DNA of 64,000 nt from Treponemataceae bacterium. GTDB lineage: Bacteria > Spirochaetota > Spirochaetia > Treponematales > Rectinemataceae. Within the stretch, counting starts at the first letter, position 1. Every line of letters begins with the position of its first letter. A program made the translations under genes and the position numbers. This document shows positions 10,465 through 20,600 of this stretch, in pieces. The notes beneath the pieces are model-generated. The model was given only the letters and a program-made list of their open reading frames with translations. It searched no databases and was not told the origin of the DNA. Location of the stretch: NCBI GenBank assembly GCA_963667725.2, contig CAXXHO010000003.1, positions 1 to 64,000 on the forward strand, in the 5' to 3' direction.

Positions 10465-11616
10465 GTGATGAAGAGGGCTTTTCTGGCGGCGGTATGCGCC
10501 ATGTTTCTTCTGGTAAACGCATCCGCGCAAACCAGCCTTTCCGGCCTCTCCCCAAAAGACGCGCGCTCCATGGGTATGGGTGGGTTATTCGGTGTTTTCG
10601 CCACGGGATACCAGGCGTTTTTCGGCAATCCCGCGGGATTCTCGGGGCCGGGCACACTTACCTTGGCCGATGTAGCCACCTGGGCATACCTGAAACCCAC
10701 CCCCCTCAACATCAGGGATCTGGTCAGGATAAGCCAGCGGCAGCAGACGCAGGCCGAAACCGAGGCGACGCTCGGGAACCTCATAGCGGAGAACGGTTTC
10801 GGGGGCGGGGCCAGCATAGGCATGGGCTGGTCCGGCAAAGGCTTCGGCCTCGGCTTCACCATGATTTCCGACACGCTGGCCACCGGCACTTCCTATACCG
10901 ATTCCCTGACGACGGTGCGCAACCAGGCCAACGCCATTTTCGGTATGTCCTATCCGCTCGAACTCGGTCCATTCAAATTCAATTTTGGCGCCGATATCCG
11001 ACTTTTCTACCGTCTCGATTCCACGGGCGACTGGCCGTTCTCCACGCTGATGTCGACACTCCTGTTCGGCCAAAACTACGATAGCTTCGCGGCGCTGTCG
11101 GTGAACGGCGGCTACGGCCTCGCGGTGGACACCGGGGCGACGCTCAGCATTGGGCCCTTTTCGGCGGGCGTGATGATCCGCGACTATGGGTATAAATTCT
11201 ATATGGAGAATTCCACAGTCGGCGACATCGTGGATACCTTCTCCGTGCCCATCGGCGGCAGCGACGCCTATGCCCTTCTCCCCGTCTACACCGCGGGGAT
11301 CGCCCTGAACATTAAAAACGGAAGCCCCCTGGCTTCTTCCTTCTATATTGAAGCGGACGATCCGATGAACTTCATCACCGAAGCGCAGGCTGATTTCGAA
11401 GGCTCCCTGGACCTTCTCCATGCCGGCGCTGAGCTGAAAATCCTCAACTTCATAGCCCTGCGCGCCGGATTCAACGAAGGCCTGCTGTCCTTTGGCGCCG
11501 GCGTCGATTTCGCCCTTATCGAACTCGACATAGCGGCATTTTCCGAAACGATATCAGGCGTTACCGGCGGATCGGGACGGAGCGGGGTCGCGCTTCAGGC
11601 TGCCGTCCGTTTCTGA
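10465..11616 (+). CDS. FadL/PorV/TraF-like outer-membrane beta-barrel (paralog 2)
   Basis: ARSMGMGG...FFGNPAGF; colinear with 9088-10239 and the same length (383 aa); C-terminal Phe. Confidence 0.75.
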   Translation: MMKRAFLAAVCAMFLLVNASAQTSLSGLSPKDARSMGMGGLFGVFATGYQAFFGNPAGFSGPGTLTLADVATWAYLKPTPLNIRDLVRISQRQQTQAETEATLGNLIAENGFGGGASIGMGWSGKGFGLGFTMISDTLATGTSYTDSLTTVRNQANAIFGMSYPLELGPFKFNFGADIRLFYRLDSTGDWPFSTLMSTLLFGQNYDSFAALSVNGGYGLAVDTGATLSIGPFSAGVMIRDYGYKFYMENSTVGDIVDTFSVPIGGSDAYALLPVYTAGIALNIKNGSPLASSFYIEADDPMNFITEAQADFEGSLDLLHAGAELKILNFIALRAGFNEGLLSFGAGVDFALIELDIAAFSETISGVTGGSGRSGVALQAAVRF

Positions 11617-11650
11617 TCATCCTTGAACTGAAATTCGCATAACGCCGACG

Positions 11651-11690
11651 ACGAGGGCGGCCCTTCCCAGGGCCGCCCTCGTTCATTTTT
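11651..11690 (+). terminator. Rho-independent terminator
   Basis: ACGAGGGCGGCCCT-TCCC-AGGGCCGCCCTCGT then TCATTTTT. Confidence 0.75.
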
Positions 11691-11723
11691 ACGCAAAATG
11701 TACTAAAATCATACTCATTTTCC

Positions 11724-11751
11724 TTGACAACCAAGTTCCTCTACCTAGACT
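11724..11751 (+). promoter_or_regulatory. Putative sigma70 promoter
   Basis: TTGACA-16 nt-TAGACT upstream of the gene at 11808. Confidence 0.55.
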
Positions 11752-11807
11752 TAACTATGAACGCGAATTGTTCCCAAATGTGGAGCGTTGAAAAGTGAGG
11801 AGGTAGT

Positions 11808-12677
11808 ATGAAAAAGCGGCTTCCATTGCTCGCCCTTGCGCTTCTTCTGTGCATAGGCAGCGCCGTCGCGCAGACGGAGGATACGGAATTCGCCCTATTC
11901 AAAAGGACAATAGCGCCTGTGATGCGTTGGGGCGAAAATGGAATAATGACAGTTCCCAAGGCAACTACGCTTGGCAAAGCCAATTTCTTCATTGGTGCCA
12001 TGGGGCAAGAGGCGGGAACGCTTGAGGGATTGAAGCTGTACTTGACTTCGGTAAGTCTGATGGCGGGCACATCGGATGATGTCGAATTCGGCTACACGCG
12101 GCGACAATTGATCTGGGAGGATCTGTACTTCTCCAACTTATCGATGGATACCTTCCATCTCAAGGCAAGATTCCTGAACATAGCCGACTACTTCATCCCC
12201 CAGGCTTCAATCGGCGTCAATGCGGTGTCACTCGTGGACAATCAGTTTTCTGACCGCAATGACATTCTCTTTAACCCCTACCTGGCAGTAACGTCCACAA
12301 TCCCCATCTTCACCCCTAAGATACTTTTCTCAGTAACTGCCGTAGCCGAAACCATCATGAACGAGAACCAACTGGGGCAGTACCAGTTCTCCGGCGGTGC
12401 GGACCTCAACCTTTTTAATTTCCTCTATGGTTTTGGCGAAATCCAAGGCTTTGATCCTAATTCCACTTCCAGTGAAGTTCTCAATGTAGGAGTAAAACTC
12501 CGGCTTGGTTTCCTTTCAGCAGGCATAGGCATGTTCAATATCAGCCTTACTCCCGGGGAAGGCGGTAACCTGATCGACCAGTATTCCTCGTCGATTCTGG
12601 ACCTTGCCAATGCCAACTATATGGCTACTGTGGCTATAGATATCAAGCTGGGCAAAAAAGCCCCGGCGAAGAAATAA
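11808..12677 (+). CDS. Predicted outer-membrane beta-barrel, YjbH-like
   Basis: Strong SD; signal peptide; WGENGIMTVPKATTLG resembles the YjbH N-terminal G-x-x-G-h-h-x-x-P-x-A motif; alternating beta strands. Confidence 0.55.
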   Translation: MKKRLPLLALALLLCIGSAVAQTEDTEFALFKRTIAPVMRWGENGIMTVPKATTLGKANFFIGAMGQEAGTLEGLKLYLTSVSLMAGTSDDVEFGYTRRQLIWEDLYFSNLSMDTFHLKARFLNIADYFIPQASIGVNAVSLVDNQFSDRNDILFNPYLAVTSTIPIFTPKILFSVTAVAETIMNENQLGQYQFSGGADLNLFNFLYGFGEIQGFDPNSTSSEVLNVGVKLRLGFLSAGIGMFNISLTPGEGGNLIDQYSSSILDLANANYMATVAIDIKLGKKAPAKK

Positions 12678-12687
12678 GGAGCGCGCC

Positions 12688-14190
12688 ATGAAAAAGCACA
12701 GAATATCCGCTATCCTTCTTGTGTTGTTCACGGTGATGGCTCTTGCTTCCTGCGACATGATCAACAACCTCATTGCCAGCAGGATGAGGAACATCGCCGT
12801 CATCCAGATATACAACTCAAATCATGAAAAGACCAACAAGCTTCAACCCAACGATACGCTCTACGTCGAAGTCCAAGGGCTAGCGCCTTTGGGTTACTAC
12901 AATATTGAAGCTCTAGATCCATCCAATAATGTCATCACCATGCTGACCGCTCAGGCGGACGAGAATGGCGTTATCGCGCCTACGCCACTATGGTACGATG
13001 TTGGATTCAAAAAGGTAACAGACAGTGATGGAAATATTAAAGCAGTCCTTCCGACTGATTCGGAACTTGGGCTCAATGCCTTCAATATCCATGTAGTGAG
13101 CCTGGATGACAGCGCCAAGGCGCTTACCATGACAGATTTCAAGCTGCCTTTCTTTGTCGTCTTTAAGACAGACATTAGCAGACCGCAACCCATCGTCATG
13201 GCGGGAAAAATGGCAACTGTTGATTCGGCATCTGAGTTTGTACTGGAAAATGCGTATGACTCTGGAGAAGAGCTCTGGATTAAGGTAGCCAATCTGGAAA
13301 CTTTGCTGGAATCGGACGATCCAGAAACCACCGATATGTCCGTCTACATAGTACCCTTTGACGCCGGACACTATGAAGACAGCTACCTTCTCACATCGAA
13401 TTTTGTTGCGAGACAGATCTTCACGGTTAAGCAGCTTCGGGACGGCGTGAAGTTCTCCGCAGCATCCGAAGCCTGGTCCGGCATCGGAGGCTGGGACCCG
13501 ATTCCCCTTGCCGCCCGTGGCAAATCCTTCAGCGTTTTCCTGGATGTTGACAACAATGGCATTTATGATATTTTGAAGGATGGCACCGACGACTTCTACC
13601 TGGACGGTTTGGATGGCAACGGAGTGCCTGGATTTATCGTCAAGCAGGTTGATCCCGACCCCACTGTCGATTATGTCCCAGCGAATATTGCTTCCGGCGG
13701 AGTTACTTGGGGACATTATTGGTTCGAAGACTGGCCCGACCATGACTACAGAGACGAGTTTTACGCCGATGGCTACGATACCAAGTATGGATATGACTGG
13801 CAGTTTGGAGGCTATGGCGTTAAAGCACTTTGGAATCCTTACGTCGATAAGGATATTGATCATGATCCCAACACTGCCAATACCCTTTATTATGGAAGGT
13901 ATGTGTATGTCTATATCGTGAAGACAGCTGAGTTGGATCTGACAGTCCCTACCGACCCGCTTATTCCTGCTACCGGTACTCAGAGGCTATATATGCCTGT
14001 ACAGTACGCCTGCAACAATGGAGCCAATCTCCAGACAATATGGCGCGCCCCGATGATAGTAGGTGATTACTGTGTTGTCGTCGATATTGATCTGGATGGC
14101 AAGGTTTCCAAGGGGGACCTAGTCGATAATGTGGATGAAGCTGGGGCAAACCGCTTGCTGGGTGGTTTCTCGGTGATCAATCGACCCTAA
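12688..14190 (+). CDS. Beta-rich lipoprotein with putative Ca2+-binding loops
   Basis: Lipobox MALAS-C; DVDNNGIYD and DIDLDGKVS resemble Dx[DN]xDG loops. Confidence 0.7.
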   Translation: MKKHRISAILLVLFTVMALASCDMINNLIASRMRNIAVIQIYNSNHEKTNKLQPNDTLYVEVQGLAPLGYYNIEALDPSNNVITMLTAQADENGVIAPTPLWYDVGFKKVTDSDGNIKAVLPTDSELGLNAFNIHVVSLDDSAKALTMTDFKLPFFVVFKTDISRPQPIVMAGKMATVDSASEFVLENAYDSGEELWIKVANLETLLESDDPETTDMSVYIVPFDAGHYEDSYLLTSNFVARQIFTVKQLRDGVKFSAASEAWSGIGGWDPIPLAARGKSFSVFLDVDNNGIYDILKDGTDDFYLDGLDGNGVPGFIVKQVDPDPTVDYVPANIASGGVTWGHYWFEDWPDHDYRDEFYADGYDTKYGYDWQFGGYGVKALWNPYVDKDIDHDPNTANTLYYGRYVYVYIVKTAELDLTVPTDPLIPATGTQRLYMPVQYACNNGANLQTIWRAPMIVGDYCVVVDIDLDGKVSKGDLVDNVDEAGANRLLGGFSVINRP

Positions 14191-14220
14191 TAAAGGCTAA
14201 GCATATACTGGTTTCCAATT

Positions 14221-14252
14221 AGGGCCGCCCGCGCAACGCGGGCGGCCCTTTC
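14221..14252 (+). terminator. Rho-independent terminator
   Basis: AGGGCCGCCCGCG-CAA-CGCGGGCGGCCCT-TT. Confidence 0.75.
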
Positions 14253-14277
14253 AATGACCTGCTGCAACTTTCCAGGG

Positions 14278-14306
14278 TTGACAGAGCAACGCCTTTTGGG
14301 TACTGT
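14278..14306 (+). promoter_or_regulatory. Putative sigma70 promoter of tRNA-Lys
   Basis: TTGACA-17 nt-TACTGT ending 10 nt before the tRNA. Confidence 0.7.
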
Positions 14307-14316
14307 GTTTCCTCGC

Positions 14317-14389
14317 GGGCCGCTAGCTCAGTTGGCAGAGCAACGCCCTTTTAAGGCGTGGGTCACGTGTTCGAATCACGTGCGGCTCA
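14317..14389 (+). tRNA. tRNA-Lys (anticodon TTT), CCA not encoded
   Basis: Cloverleaf: acceptor GGGCCGC/GCGGCTC, D-arm GCTC/GAGC, anticodon arm ACGCC-CTTTTAA-GGCGT, T-arm ACGTG-TTCGAAT-CACGT. Confidence 0.97.
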
Positions 14390-14420
14390 AAAAACTCCGG
14401 AGAAATCCGGAGTTTTTTTT
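14390..14420 (+). terminator. Rho-independent terminator after the tRNA
   Basis: AAAAACTCCGGA-GAAA-TCCGGAGTTTTTTTT. Confidence 0.9.
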
Positions 14421-14635
14421 GATCGATCGCAAATTATCACCCTTTACATTTCCGGAAAATCCAATAAAAATAATTGAAAATAACAGTAAAAATTTGACAT
14501 ATGCCCTAACTTGCACGAAGGTCATAGTAATGCGTAATTGTGAAGAGAAAAAAAGTGATGGCAAAATTCCACGCCACATGTTTCTTCGATCACCTCGCTG
14601 AAAATAATTGTCATGTCGCCAGAGGAGGCTGCTGT

Positions 14636-17600
14636 ATGAACCGTGCCCTCATGTTGGTCCATTCCAAGTTTTTTAGAAGATTTATGCTCTTTACGCTCGT
14701 CCTGTTTCTGGGCGCCGTATCGCCGGTATTCAGCCAGGTCCGAAGCGCCAGAGCCCGTGTCCTGGAACAGCCTGGCGACATAATGACGACGCGCAAGGCC
14801 AATTTTCAGCCTGGCGACATACTCAGCACCTCGTTGATCTCCATCAATATCAAAAACGGGGAGGGCGCGGCTTTCCTCCTTTTAAAGATGAAAATCCAGT
14901 TCGGCGGGGAATGGCGGGATGAATATGTCGAAGCGAGCTTCGTGAAAAAGCTTGCCACAAACGAATCCTTCACGTTCACCAACAAAGACTTGCTGAACTA
15001 TCTCGGCAACATCCGTTCGAACGACTTCAAATACAGCGAAACGCTCATTTCCAAGACGGGTATAAGCGATGTCAGCCAGATAGCGAATATCGGCAATATC
15101 CGCATTCCCGAAGGCACTGTCTCGATCACCCTTACCGTATCGGAAATCACTCTGTCGGACCCGAACGATATCAACTCCTCGTATACCGTTGTGAAAGAAT
15201 GGATAAAGGAGACCGATGCCAACGCCAAGGTCGAGTTCAACGTCGTTACGATCAGTAATCTCGAGCTTGTGAAGTCACCAACCTTCGACAGCCTTACGCT
15301 TAGCTTTAAAGTCCCGGAAATCCCCGTCTACAACGACGCCAAGGGAACATCGACCTCTTCGACGAAAGTCAAGATTACCGGGGCGAATGGGTACAGCTAT
15401 ACGATGGGAAAAGACCACTTGAAATCCACGGCCGGTTCGCTGAGCTTTAAAGGCTATCCCGGGGACCTAAAAGCAGATAGCGGAGAAGTAACCTATGATT
15501 TGAGCGGCGCGAGATTCCGCGCCGGCGAGACTTATTCGATGGAAATGAGCTTCATCGACTGGAACGGCGATACCATCGTCTCGCTCACGAAAATCATTAC
15601 TTTCCCTACTCCTTCGCTAACGCAGAGCGCGACGGTCAATAAGGACGATCCTTTCCGGCCATCGTTCTCATGGAGTTTCAGGACGAACGATTACTCGTCC
15701 TGGGTGAAGGAATATCGCGTTTTTGTAAATGACAGCTATGTGGGAACGACGAATGACACCTCGTATACCTTGACCGATCCCCTGACCCCCTCCTCGACCA
15801 ATTCCTGGTATATCATGCCCTACAACAAGGATGGGACAGCGTTCTTCTCCTCGACATCGGGCATCCTGCAAACCCTCACGGCCAAGAGCCACACGGAGCT
15901 GGCCGTGACCACGAGCGCGCCGGAGAACAGATCGGTGCTCTTCAAGGGCGAAACCTACGATTTCAAGGGAGCGGCGACGTTCTATGATGGAGCCACCGAA
16001 AAAACCTCGACTTGGAAAATCGGCAACGACAGCAAAAGCGGACTCGAGATCAGCTATGTTCCCCAGACGAGATATACGAACAATTCCCTTTCGGCGACGC
16101 TTTCAGTCACCGACAGTCTGGGACTGACTAAGGCTTCCCCTGCGCTCCAGCTCACCGTTCTCGATCCGGCCATAGCCATGCCGGGAGCCGCCGCGGTCAC
16201 GGTCGACAAGGGGTCATCGATGACCTTCAGCCTGGACGGATCCAAGACAAGGGACCTATCTACCTACGAATGGTTCGTCGGGGGATCCAGCGCGGGCACT
16301 GGGACTGGGCCGAAGAGCGTCACCTTCGATGAGAAAGGAAAGTATGAAGTCTATGTTCAGGGAACAACGGTCGCTGACCTGAAGGGAGATATTAAAACCC
16401 TCCAATCCTCCAAGATTATCGTAACGGTGGCAGGTACGGCTCCTGTGGTTTCCATTTCCCAGCCGGCTTCGGGCTCCGGCCTCATCCTGAGGAATACGGT
16501 AAGGGTAAAAGCTTCTATCGAGAGCGAAAATGTTCTAAAAAGCACTACCTGGACAGTCTCCGGTCCTGACGTTTCCCAGACCGGCGCGACTGGTGCCGAA
16601 CTTGCGTTCAAGCCTTTGAAGGTCGGGGAGTACACTTTGACCTGCGTGGCGGCTGATGAATTCCAGAAGAGCGGCCAGGCTCAGATACGCATTCTCGTGA
16701 GCGACCCTTCCATTACGATCGCCAAGCCCGCCCAGGGCGATGTCTATGCCCTTACCGCGACGCTCATTCCGAGCATAAGCGCGCCCAACGCCTCGCGTAT
16801 CGCATGGTATATAGACGATGTCGAGATTTCCGGCTCTTCATATGCGCTTGCAAAAGGCGGCACCGGGGAGTTTACGCTCAAAGCGACGGGATTCTGGAGA
16901 ACCGTGGATATAGACGGCAAAGATGCCGAATACAGCGAGAGCGCGTCGACTACCTTCAAGGTAAAGGACCTGACTCCGCCGAGAGTCACCATTTCTTTCC
17001 CTGAGAACGCGATGGTACTGAAGGCTGGGGAGAGCTACCGGTTCGATGGCACGGCGGAATCCGACTCCTCCATCGCCGGAACCTGGTGGGATGTCGATGG
17101 CACAAAACTGGCTTCCGATTCCTATACCATACCGGCGAACACGACCAAGAAATCGATGACGGTGACCTTCTCGGCCAAGAATGATGATGGAATAGTCAAC
17201 GCGAAATCCGTGACTCTGCGGATCGTAAACCCTTCCGTCTTTCTTTCGGCGCCTTCGATCGTACAGTACCCCGTGCGCGGGGCCGTACCTATCAGCGCCA
17301 CGGCCATCGACGCCACTCTTTTCTGGCTTATCGACGATGTCGAAGCCACGACATGGAGTAAGACTTTCGATCAGGCTGGCGTTCATACCGTTCAAGCCGG
17401 ATGGAGGGTGACGGCGGTAGACGGTTCGAGGAGCACAAAGGAATATTCTGGTCTCTCGGATAAGATCAGCTTTACCATCTACGATACCCAAATCCCCGTG
17501 ATAAACAGTTTCTCCCCAGCGAGCCTGACCCTAAAAGAAGTTTTGGGAACCAACATCGCTTTTAGCCTTTCCGCATCCAGCGAGAATCCCCTTAAAGCCA

Positions 17601-20600
17601 CACAGTGGCGCATAACGAGTGGGCAGGGTGTTGTACTCGAGTGGAGCGGGGCTTCCGTTCTCTACAGCTTCGGCGATCCGGGGCAGTACGCCGTGCTCGC
17701 GTCGGCATCCGACACATTCGGCTACTCCGCTTCGGCGGAATGGACGGTGAAGATCATCAAACCGAGCATTTCCGCAGGATTCGCGACGAGCGAAAGGACT
17801 TTTGGCTTGAACACCGTTCCGACGCCCTCGGTGACTTCTCAGGATATCGCTTCCTATGCCTTTGTCCTCGATGGACAGACGCTGCCTAAGGATTTCAACT
17901 GGAGCACCGTGAGCGTGGGCGTGCACCAGCTAAAAGCCATCGGCTACTATTCGGTTTCCAGCCAGACAGGTTTGCAGGAAATCCAGAGTAATCCCGTCAC
18001 TTTCGAAGTGGTCGATACAAGGCCGCCGACGTTTACGGTCGAAGGATTGGCCGACGGTGACAGGATTATCGCCGGGCAACGATACACTTACAGGATTGTC
18101 AGTTCCCAGAGCCCGCTTTTCATTGAATGGCTAATGAATGGGTCTATTGTAGAGAATCCCGACGCGGCGACAAACCCGAAGGCCTATAGCTTCACGGCTG
18201 CCGCGGACAGCGCCGACCTGAATTTGACAGCCCGCGTGCGCGGCAGCTCTAAAGGCGTGGCAGCGGAGAAAAGCGTCAAACTTAGAGTCATAACGCCTTC
18301 GATCAGGATTGTCCTGCCCGCCTCGATGGCGCGCAACGGTCTGTATCCGGCCCAGACGGCCCTGCCTTTGCAGGCCGAGATTTCACAGGTGGATCGTGTG
18401 GCTTGGACTGTGGACAACCAGGCCAGCGCTGGTCAGACGGTGAGCCTTACCCCAGGCAATCACACGCTCGCGGTGAAGGGATTCGCCACAGGTGTCAGAT
18501 TGTCCGGCGGATCATATGGCGAGTATGAAGTGACGCCCAGGGAATTCCCCAATGGCGTCACGATCACGGTAGCCGAACCCCTGACGCTCGCGACGCTCTC
18601 CGCCACTCCCGCGTCGATCTATTCGGGCGAGACGGTGAATGTAGCGGTAACCACGGCGGGCAACGGTACCCTGCTCGACTCCTTTGTCTTCAGCGTGGAC
18701 GGCAGCGTGCTCGCTCAGGGAAAGTCGGCTTCGATAAGCATCCCCAATCTCTCCGTTGGAACGCACAAGATAAGCGCGAAAGTAACCGATCTTTTCGGGA
18801 CAAGTTCCGAGAAAGACGTTGCCGTCACGGTCTACCAACCTCTCACTTTGACGATCACGCAACCGGCGAACGGCTTTAGATTGGCTCCCGACTCCAACCT
18901 CTTTGTCGCGATGACAGCTTCGGGGCAGTATTCCAAGCTCTTCTGGACTATCGACGCGGCGCAAGTGCCTAATTCGGGATTTGCTTCAGGTTCTTTGGGG
19001 AAGCTCAAGCCAGGGATCCATACCATAGGCGTCAGCGCCACCGATTCGCTCAACAAGGTCGTCAGCGCCTCGGTAAGCGTTGAAGTCCAGAGCGATTTCC
19101 TGCTTAACATTCTGTACCCGTCTGGCAGCCTCGAGGCAATTCTGGGAACGACGGTCGTCTGCGCCGCTGGCATCGAAAAAGTGGCCGGCGCCGATATCCC
19201 CCTAGCCGACGCGGCGGGATATATAACCTGGTACGTGAACGGCAGCCCGAAAGGGAAAGGCTTGTCATATTCCTTCGTCGCCGATGCTTTGGGGAATCAA
19301 GTCATCCAAGCCAAATATGAAAAGGGCGCCATGATACGAGCGACAGCCGAGCGAACGGTCATCGTAAGGGATATAGCCGAGCCTGCGATCTTGAAACCGG
19401 CTAATGGAGCCAGCCTGGTCTATGCCTTGGGCGATACGATAGAGCTCCAGGCGACCGGCGAACCCGGCGCTTCCTTTGTATGGAGCATCGATGGCGCGGC
19501 CGTGGCCTATGGCAGCCAAGGGGCTTTCGCTCCAAACGGACTGGCCGGACAGAAGCAGCTGAGTCTGACCGCGAACGCGTTCGGGAGGACCAAGGAGACC
19601 TTGGCCACGGTGAACCTGGGGGTGGACGCTCCGCCTATTTTAACCTTGACGGCGCCTCCTCTGCTGTTCACTGGTCAGCGCCTTTCATGGACAGCCAGCG
19701 CTTTCGACGTGGAGGATCAGGAATCGCCCGCGATCGAGATATACCTGGACGGGGTGCTCCAGGACAGCGCGAATCCGAAAATGCTGACCGTTGAGGATGT
19801 GGGGCAGCATGTGCTCTCCGCCAGAAGCAAGGATAAGCGAAACTTGATTGCTACGCGACAAGTCAGCATAAAGGTAGAACCCGGCGAGTTGCCATTGGAG
19901 ATTCAGTCTCCGCTTCCCGGCAAGGTTTATTATAGCGGCTTCGATATCCCCTTGATCGCTTCGGTCGATACGGGCGCGGCGGAATCGGCGGCTCAAGGTA
20001 CTTTTGCCTGGACCATACAATATCTGGACGATACGACAGGTCAGGAAGGAACCGCTTCGGGACAATCCACTTCGATACGGCCTTCATCCCTTGGCGAGGT
20101 TGCCGTCACGCTTCGTTATATAGATGCGGCGGGAAGGGAACGCGGGAAAAAACAGATCAGCTTGCGCGTGGATCCCGAGCCGCTGCAGCTCAGCATAGAA
20201 TGGCCCCACGGAGCGATGGTAAACGCGGGTACGGCCCTGAAACCCAAGTTGATAGGACTGCCCGCGGGCGCCGACCCGGGAACGGCGGTCTGGAGCTTGA
20301 ACGGTCTGCCGGTGAACGACATCAATGCTCTCGTCGCGTCGTCGATCGCTGGACAGTACACCCTCGCCGCCGAGTATTTCGCCAACGGATCTCGTGATCG
20401 GGCGGAACTGCTCTTCTTGGTAAACGGGGCGCCTACAGTCAGAATCGAGACGCCGGCATCGGGCCAGCGCTTCACTTTTGGCAGCGCTGTCGTTCTTTCG
20501 GCTAAAATCGAAGATGACCAACCCTTCAATGGATCCATCACATGGAAAAGCGGCGACCGGATTATGGGAACCGAAAATCCCGCGGTGGCGCTGAGTCTTG

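Noticed and set aside
9088..11616. Conjugation genes (this barrel family can be labelled TraF)
   Set aside because: There is no relaxase, coupling protein or T4SS gene; the motifs fit FadL/PorV-like barrels.
11651..14252. Shared AGGGCCGCCC in two hairpins as a REP family
   Set aside because: There are only two instances, in different arm order, and both are explained as terminators.
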